From Macrostomum hystrix (taxonomy: Eukaryota; Animalia; Platyhelminthes): a DNA stretch of 64,000 nt. The stretch covers positions 27,156,001-27,220,000 of the forward strand of contig CATNEN010000038.1 of NCBI GenBank assembly GCA_950097015.1, read 5' to 3'. This document shows, in pieces, positions 51,601-62,481 of the stretch (its first letter is position 1; each line of letters opens with the position of its first letter). The translations under genes and the position numbers were made by a program. A model generated the notes under the pieces. It saw nothing but the letters and a program-made list of their open reading frames with translations, searched no databases and was not told the DNA's origin.

Positions 51601-52600
51601 AGGCAAAAAATCCGCTCCCTGGTGGAACCCAGCGCTTGGAACCCTCCGGCGCAAGGCCAAATCCCTCCAGCGGATTGCGCGGAAAAGCAAGGACCCAGCT
51701 GACCTGACCGCCTACCAGAATGCGATTCGTGATTTTAAGCGTGACACCAGGAAAGCGAAGTTCGAAAAGTGGCGCCAATACTGCTCCGAGCTGGAGGGCG
51801 CCCGCCCAACCTCTCGCGTTGTAAAAGCGCTTACTCTTGACAAAATGTCGAAGCTCTCAGTGATCAAAAGACCAGATGGCCGGCTTGCTGAGAATCCTGG
51901 CGAATCGCTGGACATAATGCTCGCCAGCGCTTTCCCCCGGACCGCGCCGCTTCAGGACCCGCCGGACCACACTCCGGGTGGACACATCCTTGCGACCACC
52001 ATTATCACTAGAGAACGGACAGCTCGCACTGCTAATTCCTTCTCGCCTTTTAAGTCGCCTGGACCTGACAACATTTACCCCGCCTTCCTACACGAAGCGG
52101 TGAAAAATGACAGGTTTCTCGGCCTCCTTTGCAACCTGTTCAAGGCCTGTATCACCCTCGGGTACGTACCCAGGTCTTGGCAGGAAAGCCACTATCGTCT
52201 TCATCCCCAAGCCTGGGAAGGGAGACTACCACTCCGCCAAAGCCTTCCGCCCCATCAGCTTAACATCTTTCTTTCTTAAGCTGCTTGAAAGGCTTGTTCT
52301 TTGGCGCCTCCTTCACGCTGAGCTGAGGAACTCCCCGCTCTCCGCCAATCAGCACGCTTTTCGATCCGGACGTTCCATCGAAAGTGCTCTGCACGCCATT
52401 GTCGACAAGCTGGAGCGCGCCGTGCTTGGCACCGGTTTCGCTCTCTCGCTTTTCCTCGACATTGATGGTGCCTTCGACAATGTGCTTTTCGGAGCCTTTA
52501 GGCGAGCCCTGGAACGCCGGGCTACGCACGAGCACCTCACCCGCACCTATATGATCTCTCACCGAACTGCCACCTCGCACCTGCTTGGCCACTCCCGCTG
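48608..52600 (+). mobile_element. Degraded non-LTR retrotransposon (LOA/R1/I-group-like LINE): 5'UTR, ORF1 (~49191-50650, frameshifted), ORF2 APE endonuclease start (50686) and RT (to ~52600); 3' truncated
   Basis: GC-rich block. FLQLNLHHCIAAS...IILLQEPW (APE). KSPGPDNI, IVFIPKPGKGDY, FRPISLTSFFLKLLERL, QHAFRSGRS, LFLDIDGAFDNV (RT). Frameshifts near 51600 and 52190. Confidence 0.9.
50990..51400. other. AT-rich foreign insertion replacing part of the LINE endonuclease, with 18-bp tandem repeats (CATTGTCAACTGGGGGAT) and a ~63-bp direct repeat (51138/51331)
   Basis: Abrupt composition change and loss of the ORF2 frame. Confidence 0.6.
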
Positions 52601-53000
52601 TAATTATTCTGGTGAATCGGTCGGAGTTAGCAAGTATTTATTAAAGCTAAAATGATGTTGAGCATGATAAGCATACCATAAATGTATTAGTCATGACGGA
52701 AATTCGTTAACATATGCTTGCTAAGCTGATAAATAATAAACTGATTCGACTGGGTTTAACAGGTAAATTTGTTTATTTACACTAAACTATCTTATTTTAC
52801 AGTTCAGATTCGTGTGAGCTTTCTAAATTAGGCACGCTAAACAAATCACTTACAAGTTCGATTCTTCACAAAACTCATCTCGCTGGTTAGATACTGAGGA
52901 CCTGTAGTCGGGGCACTAGCCATCACTCTGGCTGATACGCTGATGAAATACTCTAACCCCGACTCGGCATATTGGCACTGATAATTGTATTTGTCTGTGA
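52601..53000 (-). pseudogene. Truncated duplicate of RPTP1 exon 1 3' part and intron 1 (matches ~28735-29130)
   Basis: Near-identical sequence; ITDKYNYQCQYAESGLEYFISVSARVMASAPTTGPQYL(T/A)SEMSFVKNRT. Confidence 0.9.
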
Positions 53001-53001
53001 T

Positions 53002-55165
53002 GGGTCCATGAGACTTGCCCGCAGGCGAACTGCCCGCCGAGATTTGCCCGCAGGAGATTTGCCCGTCGAGATTTGCCCGCCGAGGTTTGCCCGCAGAGAT
53101 TTGCCCGCAGTGCATTCTGCCCGCAGGAGATTTGCCCGTCGAGATTTGCCCATCGAGATTTGCCCGTCGAGATTTGCCCGTCGAGATTTGCCCGTCGAGA
53201 TTTGCCTGTCGAGATTTTCCCGCAGAGATTTTCCCGTCGAGATTTTCCCGTCGAGATTTGCCCGCAGAGATTTGCCCGCAGAGATTTTCCCGCAATGCAG
53301 TTTTAATCTTGCAAAAATCGACTTATACTTATCGAAATTATTTACCTGCCAGATTTCAACCGTGTGAATCTGAAACTCTTACTGCCGCAAATGCATAAGA
53401 TATTTCTTTGGCATTTCGCAGACACCTCAAATTTCCTTTCTGCTAAATTACTGTAGCCTGTTCTATAATCTTTTGTAGCAGCAATTTTTTGCTGGTGCCT
53501 GGTGGTAGGGATGGTAAAATCCCGGCTAGTTTCCAATCCCAGGATTGTCGGGTTCGGGACATTCCTGTCCAACTCCCATAAAATCCCCAGCATTTTCAGT
53601 CCCAGCAAATCCCGAAAAATTGAAATCCCGCTGAATGGTGGGCAATTTTAAGTCCTGAGATATGCTGCTACAAACACCTGGAATTCCAGGTGTTTGCTCT
53701 CAAATCCCGGTCCCGGTATTGGAATCTCTAGCTGGTGGAGCGCTGTCTGTTTCAAATTCACATGTCAGCCGCCTGGATTTTATCACCTCGATCTGCTCAA
53801 CCACCGAACGACAAATCCAGTAAATAAGCCATGGAGTCCTATATGGTGCATGTCGGGGACCCCACGACATTTTATAATCTGGCCCTTACATAGAGTATGA
53901 GTATGCAGAGCATTTTCTAAAAACATCGCCTTGTGCATGTGGCGACGGGCAGCTGGCTTATCTATATAACAAATTTAATGAAATTTAAAGACCTGCTTAT
54001 TAACTCCTCGCTAAAGATCCAGAAAGCAGTGTAAACAAAGTCTGATGTGATTCTTTCTCGCTAATTCTATCCTGGACCCCTATATCTCAATTCCCAGTCT
54101 TCGATAAAATGTCCATAAAATCTGTCTGGATTTCATTCTCTCTGGGTCTGGGTCTGGGTCTGGGTCTCTCATTCTCTCTTCTCTTTCTGATTGGCTGCAG
54201 GCACCCCACCCCTTTAGCCTCCTTCTTGTCTTGCGTGCCCCTTATTCCTTTGATCGCGCCTCCTAACCCAACCCCTCTCTTTGCCCACCCCTCCTTTCTC
54301 TCAACCCCCTGTTATCTCCTATAATATATAAATACACTGCCCTTCCTTACTGCTTAGTGTATTCAACTTTAGTCTGGTCAAGTTAGACTGCGACAACTCT
54401 ACATATATAAAGTGAATTTCAAGACAACGTTAATAACAAGCAGACCACATGGAAGCAGCTCCTCCCATCGCTGTGCGCTTTAGTGCAACAATTCGTGGGA
54501 AGCGCAAAGCAGCCTGCGAAGGCTACTACTTTACACTTGAAAGAACTAGCCTGGTCGACGAAGAGGTGTCATTTTGGCATTGTGAAGAACGGCGCTTGGG
54601 ATTCATGTCCTGCTCGAATCCACATCCGGAATGGCTTTAAAGTGCGACAGCTGAATGACCACAATCACGGACCTGACGGCTCTCGATTCCAAGTTCTTGA
54701 GGCTCTTCGGGAGATTAAATCGGATGCCAGGAACACCGTGAATTCGACGGCAAATATCGTCATGGAACACACAAATGGGCTGTCTGAGTGTGCAGGCATA
54801 GCCCTTCCATCTCAAAGCGCATTAAAGCGGCAAGTTCAAGATGTTCGTCAAACGCACCAAGTTCTTCCAGTACAGCCGCTCAACCGAGCCGAGCTCATTA
54901 TACCTGAAGAATTTCAATTCAACAACGGAGCACTGTTTCTGCTGCATGACTCCGGACAGGACAACAATCGAATTTTAATCTTCGGTAGCGAGGATAACAT
55001 TCAAGCCCTGCAATTGGCGACAGATTTCTTCTCGGACGGCACATTCGATGCCTCGCCGCCACTGTTCGCTCAACTGGTGACAGTGCATGCCGAACTTCAA
55101 GGCTTCATAAGACCACTCATCTACGCATTGCTACCCAACAAGACCGAAGCAACGTACTCTACTCT
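53002..55165 (+). mobile_element. Mutator/MULE DNA transposon, left part: terminal 14-bp subrepeats plus FLYWCH-MULE transposase fragment (54449-55165, frameshift ~54600)
   Basis: GAGATTTGCCCG(T/C) repeats at 53005-53295. FLYWCH motif GYYF...FWHCEE...CPARI...HNH. MULE DDE core FFSDGTFDASPPLFAQLVTVH...PLIYALLPNKTEATY. Truncated into the 27-bp array. Confidence 0.85.
53506..53730. mobile_element. hAT-like MITE nested in the MULE
   Basis: Ends TAGGGATG.../...AATCTCTA, internal AATCCC(G) repeats, 8-bp near-TSD CCTGGTGG/GCTGGTGG. Confidence 0.5.
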
Positions 55166-58100
55166 ACATGTCTACTCTCTCACCTGTCTCTTCCATGTCT
55201 ACTCTCTCACCTGTCTCTTCCATGTCTACTCTCTCACCTGTCTCTTCCAAATCTACTCTCTTACCTGTCTCTTCCACATCTACTCTCCCACCTGTCTCTT
55301 CCACATCTACTCTCTCACCTGTCTCTTCCACATCTACTCTCTCACCTGTCTCTTCCACATCTACTCTCTCACCTGTCTCTTCCACATCTACTCTTTCACC
55401 TGTCTCTTCCACATCTACTCTCTCACCTGTCTCTTCCACATCTACTCTCCCACCTGTCTCTTCCACATCTACTCTCCCACCTGTCTCTTCCAAATCTACT
55501 CTCTCACCTGTCTCTTCAATGTCTACTCTCTCACCTGTCTCTTCCAAATCTACTCTCTCACCTGTCTCTTCAATGTCTACTCTCTCACCTGTCTCTTCCA
55601 CATCTACTCTCTCACCTGTCTCTTCCAAATCTACTCTCTCACCTGTCTCTTCCAAATCTACTCTCTCACCTGTCTCTTCCACATCTACTCTTTCACCTGT
55701 CTCTTCCACATCTACTCTCTCACCTGTCTCTTCCACATCTACTCTTTCACCTGTCTCTTCCACATTTACTCTCTCACCTGTCTCTTCCACATCTGCTCTC
55801 TCACCTGTCTCTTCCATATCTACTCTCTCACCCGTCTCTTCCACATCTGCTCTCTCACCTGTCTCTTCCAAATCTTCTCTCTCACTTGTCTCTTCCATGT
55901 CTACTCTCTCACTTGTCTCTTCCATGTCTACTCTCTCACCTGTCTCTTCCACATATACTCTCTCACCTGTCTCTTCCACATCTACTCTCTCACCTGGTTC
56001 AAAGTGAGAGTTGATAACAAATAAAAACAGAACACTCGACCTGATGTTGTGCGCATGGCATTTTGCATCGAGTAAAGTAAACAAAACTATAGTAAACAAA
56101 ATAGCCTACTAAATTCAACTTTCCAATTCACAATTTATATTTTCGACTTGACAAACGCACACAAATCAAGATCTAAATTTAAACAAGCAGAACTTGCTGG
56201 TGATTGAGCTAACATTGATAATAACTTTATTATCAATGGCGGGTCAGTTCCTGCGTTAATAATTTAGTTTTCAACTAAAACAATTGCCGCTTATAGATTA
56301 TAAACAATTGAAATTCCTCAATTAAATTCCATGCAAATGGCAAAAAACACAGAACGGTTCACGAACAATTTGTTTAGTTTAATAAGCTGATTTAAATGAA
56401 TACAGATTTAAATCATTAGATCGATCTTCGTATAAAACAGGATACAAAATTAACTTACAAAATGAAAATAGTAAATTTGAAAGTAGTTATTGGCATTTAA
56501 CAGCGCTATTTTTATGTACATCACAGCCAAACTAAATGAGACATTTTTTACCTTGCTTGCTACTAAAACGCGTTAGTTAGTAGTAGAATATGCGCGTGAA
56601 TAAATAAAAAAACTCATTCGATAATTCAATACAATAAGCAATTAAGTGACACTAGAATACAATGGCATGATTTGATCTATAAGACTCAATCAATATTGGA
56701 ATTGTAGGTTAAACAAAAAATGAAACGTGGCATTGTGCTTATTGTAAAAACTGATTTAAATTTAGCACCATAAAAACATCGAGCATGGACTGTTGCGCAC
56801 ACCTAGTGATGTAGTAGCAATTACGGTGGAAGAATGTCCACTTATTTGGAGACAGACTGGGGGCAGAGAAAGAGAGTAGATTAGGCTCGAGATTAGGTAT
56901 GAGATAGGGGAAGATAAGGGTTGAAATGGTGTATAGAGTATATAGAACAGATATATATTTTTGGAATCAATCGGAAAACACAACATGATTTGGCAAACAA
57001 AAATATCCTTGAAGTTTGTGAACAAACTAAAACAAAAAACTTGTTTGAACAAGAAAAAATACGTTAAAGCCTCTTTGTTAAATAAACAGAAGAGTTTGAT
57101 ATGTACTTTAAGGCGCTGTGAACAGTTGAGCTAAGTCAGACAGATTTTAGCATTTAGTTATGGACGCAACGATTTCTTTGCTGTGATAATAATGCAGTAA
57201 CGATATGGTAAAATGGATTTTATTTATAACAATATCACCAAGGTCAGTCTCAATTTTAGTCTATGGCCAAAACTCTATCCGAAAGTTTTGTTTGTGGCCT
57301 CAACTCTATCACCTTTGAAATGTATTCAATTAACATAATTAACATAAATTCAATTCTATGGTAAGAATATAATACTAGAGAAGTTAGTCTATGGCCACAC
57401 CTAAGACATCAAATAAAACAATAAACAATAACTCTATGGCAATAACTGTTAAAAATACTTATACATATCCGTCCTGTCTTAATACTTCATTGGTGACTAT
57501 TTTAATGAGCACATCACCACTTATTGGCCAGATTAAGACAGGATTAAGCAGCTTCATCGGCCTGAAATCCCGGATTGGATGCGCCCGCCTGACTCTGTCG
57601 CGGCGTGGCATACACAGCGGACATCTCTATGTCTCTCGGATCTGAAAAGAATTACCAAACAATTATTTTACTGCACAATTATGCAATGCTTTAATGTTTT
57701 TAGCATGTATTAAAGTAGTAAAAACGTTTCGAGACGGTTAGCGGGATTGAGCACTTGCAGTAGTGTCAATTCATCAGGCCATGTCAGCCTAGCCATTAGC
57801 CTCATCACTCAGTATCTATGCTAGCCATTAGCCTCATCACTCAGTATCTATGCTATCCATTAGCCTCATCACTCAGTATCTATGCTATCCATTAGCCTCA
57901 TCACTCAGTATCTATGCTAGCCGTTAGCCTCATCACTCAGTATCTATGCTAGCCATTAGCCTCATCACTCAGTATCTATGCTATCCATTAGCCTCATCAC
58001 TCAGTATCTATGCTAGCCATTAGCCTCATCACTCAGTCTCTATGCTAGCCATTAGCCTCATCACTCAGTATCTATGCTAGCCATTAGCCTCATCACTCAG

Positions 58101-58824
58101 TATCTATGCTAGCCATTAGCCTCATCACTCAGTCTCTATGCTAGCCATTAGCCTCATCACTCAGTCTCTATGCTAGCCATTAGCCTCATCACTCAGTATC
58201 TATGCTAGCCATTAGCCTCATCACTCAGTATCTATGTGTTCTTCATCCTCAACTTTAGTTGAGCGCAGAAAAGGTAGGTGCAATTAATCGGCAGTTTAAT
58301 AGAAAACGGTTATCCAGAAAAAAACGAAACAAATGCTTTTAGGCCAGAAATTGCTTTGCAGTGGGGAGGGAGGGGAGGAGTGCATAGAAGTGGCGCAAAT
58401 ACCAGGAAAATTGACAAGAAGAAAATTTGCTCTTATCTAAGGCACCTAATCATAAATTTTTACAATAAATAATTTAATTCAAGCCGAAACATCGGACAAG
58501 CGGTGGCGATGTTCAATAGGAGCCGATAGCGAGCAGACACTCAGCTCAATCACAAATGATGACGGATGCTGACAAGAATGACAGCTGCTGTTAACAGCGC
58601 ACTTGTTTAGCAGAGCTGACTGTGTCACCGCTAGATTGTGCCGCATTGTGAGAACATGTTTAGTTAGTCAGGACCAAGTTAAACAGGTATGACGGATTAG
58701 TTGAGAACAGGTGTGACAATGAGTAGAGAACAGGTGTGACAATGAGTAGAGAACAGGTGTGACAATGAGCAGAGAACAGGTGTGACAATGAGCAGAGAAC
58801 AGGTGTGACAATGAGCAGAGAACA
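55163..58824 (+). repeat. Second copy of segmental duplication (27-bp array 55163-55996, unique spacer, 32-bp array, putative exon, 23-bp array), paralogous to ~33400-38400
   Basis: Unique sequence 55996-57788 is near-identical to 34225-36015, and 58235-58703 to 37797-38266. Confidence 0.95.
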
Positions 58825-61800
58825 GTAAGACAATGTATAACAAACCGAAGTACAGTAAAAAAGGTCAAACAAGGTAAAAATTTTTACCCGCATAGGGCCC
58901 GTCAATCGGTGGCAGGTAGCCGTTTCTGTCCAAGTAGCTCAGCATAAACCGATAGATAAAAGCCAGCTGACCCTGGAGGTTAAACGATGCGGTTGTGGTT
59001 AGTGAGTTAGTTAGTGAGAAAACCTAGCCTTGGTGTGATAACTCCCAATCCTATGAACTCAATCTCAACCAAAAATTTACCTAAATATTTTCGCGACCCG
59101 AAACTACTCTCCGATTGTGACCCAAAATGACTTTCTGGCACTGAGCCACAATGACGTATCTCTAACCCACAATGACCTGTCTCTGACCCACAATGACCTG
59201 TCTGTGACAAAAATGTACACAATTTATATCGAATAACCAGTACAAGCTCAGACTCGATCTCAACCCTCCTCCCTCACCTTGGTCTGCACCATGAGCTTGC
59301 GGCAGTAGCGCAGTTCCATGACGGTCTCGAAGACGTCGATGCTGCTGGCACGTCGCTGCTCCAGCGAGCGCACGAGAATGTCCAGCGCGATGAGGGTGCC
59401 GGTCCGACCGACTCCGGCGCTGCAGTGGACGAGAATCGGCGGCTCGCTGTCGTCGCGCTTCCTCTGCGGCGCGTAACGGCGCATGTTGGCGAGGAAGTCG
59501 GCCAGGTCATCCACGTTGGGCACGCTGAAATCAGCCCAGCCTGTGTAGTACAACTGCACTACTTGCAACGGCTCCGTCTGGTTCCTGGAGATGTTAATTT
59601 ATTCGCAAAAACTGAAAGCAATGAAAGCATTAATTAACTGTGCCTTTGATAGATATAATTTTAAACTATAAGAATTATTAAATGTGAAACCAAATGCGAG
59701 TATTTTGCTCACAAATCTATGAGAACTCTATGTGAAAACAAATGCGCATATTTAGCAAACAATCTATGGTAATTCAATGGGAAAACTTTTTTGAATACAA
59801 TGTATGGGAATTCAATGTGAAATTTTTGTGAATACTCTGCAAACAATCTATGGGAATTTAATGTGAAAACTTATGTGAATATTCTGCAAACAATCTATGG
59901 GAATTTAATGTGAAAACTTATGTGAATACTCTGCAAACAATCTATGGGAATTTAATGTGAAAACTTATGTGAATATTCTGCAAACAATCTATGAGAACTC
60001 TATGTGAAAACGAATAATAGGAAATGATTTAAATGATTTGTAAACTATCGATTTGAATTTTTCACTGTTTTATTTTACCTGTCGGTGGAGCACGTGACCA
60101 GCAGGTTCCTCACAGTGTAGGTCCCAACCGAGCTCTCGCTCTCCAGCACCACTCTGATCTCGTCGTAGATCTCCGATTGGCCAACCTCGGACGGCCAATA
60201 GGGCTCCGACTTTTTCTTCAGGCCCTCCTGGCACTGGGTGAGGGTGACGATGAGCGCCACCCTGTGCTCGTAGATCATGCGCCAGTGGTCGTCCACTGTG
60301 CCCGGCAGAGGACCCTGGCTGGCTATGAACTCGCGCTCGCGATCCAGACCCCTGAGCGGACGAAATGTGTTGAAACTGCTATTGAACCACCGTGCTCTTA
60401 ATAATTTAAACATGTGTACTGTGCTCAAAGAAAACTAAAGACCCAAAATCTACTCAAACTAATCAAGGAAATCTAACAAAACTCAAAACAATCTAAAAGA
60501 CCTATACAGTGCTCAGACCCTATCTAAAGGTGCTCAAACCAGTTTTTCAGAAATTTTTGTCGGATTAAACAAATATTACACGAAATCCCTTTCTGTGGTA
60601 ATATGTACTGCTAATTACAATGCTTCTATATCGAATTCTTTTTTTGTAAATACACTAACTTAAACCAAATCTTTCAAATTATCATTCGCTCTTCATGCTG
60701 CACTCACTTCACATAGCTGGCATTGATGTAATCGTCCGGCGCGTGACCGGGTCCTTCGTAGCTAGACTCCAGCATTACCCTGGTATGGTCGTACGGCAGG
60801 ATGTCCGTATATCGATTCTTAGTCCTATTACAGTCGGCCATTGCGGCGTTAAAGGTGAACTGGTTGTGCTCGCGTGCGACGGCCGCTTCGCGAATCTCTT
60901 CGAATTGTCGATGCACTTCTAGTTCGCTGTCGCGCAGCATGTAGCTAACGTAGCGGCGGAAGTTTGCTATGGCCACGCTGTGGGGAATTTCCGTCCTGTA
61001 AGCGGCGATGGTTGCAGAGGCTAGAATATTACCGACCATAGAGTGCTGCGGGTGTCACTCTGGACTACTGGGAGTGCCTGTTCCAGAGTGCTGCGGGTGT
61101 CACTCTGGACTACTGGGAGTGCCTGTTCCAGAGTGCTGCGGGTGTTACTCTGGACTACTGGGAGTGCCTGTTCCAGAGTGCTGCGGGTGTCACTCTGGGC
61201 TAATAGGAATGCCTGTTCCAGAGTGCTGCGGGTGTCACTCTGGGCTAATAGGAGTGCCTGTTCCAGAGTGCTGCGGGTGTTACTCTGGGCTACTGGGAGT
61301 GCCTGTTCCAGAGTGCTGCGGGTGTCACTCTGGACTACTGGGAGTGCCTGTTCCAGAGTGCTGCGGGTGTCACTCTGGACTACTGGGAGTGCCTGTTCCA
61401 GAGTGCTGCGGGTGTCACTCTGGGCTACTGGGAGTGCCTGTTCCAGAGTTCTGCGGGTGTCACTCTGGGCTAATAGGAGTGCCTGTTCCAGAGTGCTGCG
61501 GGTGTCACTCTGGGCTAATAGGAGTGCCTGTTCCAGAGTGCTGCGGGTGTTACTCTGGGCTACTGGGAGTGCCTGTTCCAGAGTGCTGCGGGTGTCACTC
61601 TGGGCTAATAGGAGTGCCTGTTCCAGAGTGCTGCGGGTGTCACTCTGGGCTAATAGGAGTGCCTGTTCCAGAGTGCTGCGGGTGTCACTCTGGACTACTG
61701 GGAGTGCCTGTTCCAGAGTGCTGCGGGTGTCACTCTGGACTACTGGGAGTGCCTGTTCCAGAGTGCTGCGGGTGTCACTCTGGGCTACTGGGAGTGCCTG

Positions 61801-62370
61801 TTCCAGAGTTCTGCGGGTGTCAGTCTGGGCTAATAGGAGTGCCTGTTCCAGAGTGCTGCGGGTGTCACTCTGGGCTAATAGGAGTGCCTGTTCCAGAGTG
61901 CTGCGGGTGTCATTCTGGGCTAATGGGAGTGCCTGTTCCAGAGGTTTGCATGAAAAGTGAGTAAATTAAAACGAACTATTATTAATCAAATAGCCAGTGA
62001 AACGGCAGGTTTCACAATCACGCGGTTCAAAGCGAACCTTTAAGAGCCTTTTAAGTTAAAAGTGAACTTTTTTGCTGAAGTGTTGATTCATGCAAATCAT
62101 GAAAACTGTTATTCATAAAAACTATTTTCTTGACTATGTTATATAGAAAGGCGAGATTTTATTCGATTTGTTACGCAAAAAGTATCTAAATTGTTTGAGT
62201 TGAAATGAATAGTTGATTTTTAATAAAAAGCTAATTTAAAACAAACAAATATAAAGTTCGCATGCCAAGATTATTTCCTTGATGCAAAGACAATTAGCAG
62301 CGCAGATTAGCAGACTCCTAATACTCACTTTGCACCAATGGGTCCTACTGAATACACTGCGGCTGTGGAC
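58479..62370 (-). CDS. Receptor-type protein tyrosine phosphatase 2, 3' part (5' exons beyond the window end)
   Basis: Exons 62370-62329 (tentative), 60977-60708 (KNRYTDILPYDHTRV), 60351-60079 (FIASQGP), 59584-59278 (WADFSVP, HCSAGVGRTG), 58972-58888 (GQLAFIYRF), tentative last exon 58630-58479. Intron phases are identical to RPTP1. Confidence 0.85.
59690..60010. repeat. Degenerate 47-bp minisatellite (GCAAACAATCTATGGGAATTTAATGTGAAAACTTATGTGAATATTCT) in an RPTP2 intron
   Basis: Direct inspection. Confidence 0.85.
61040..61942. repeat. Minisatellite, 45-bp unit CCAGAGTGCTGCGGGTGTCACTCTGGRCTAYTRGGAGTGCCTGTT, 20 copies
   Basis: Direct inspection. Confidence 0.95.
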
Positions 62371-62481
62371 CTGGTCATTTATTTAGTGAAAGCACAGCAA
62401 ACTTTAAACACAAACCAGTTGGCATTGTTGTTAATCTACATGTATTTCTTTAATGAAAAAATCATTTAATGAAAAAATGAA

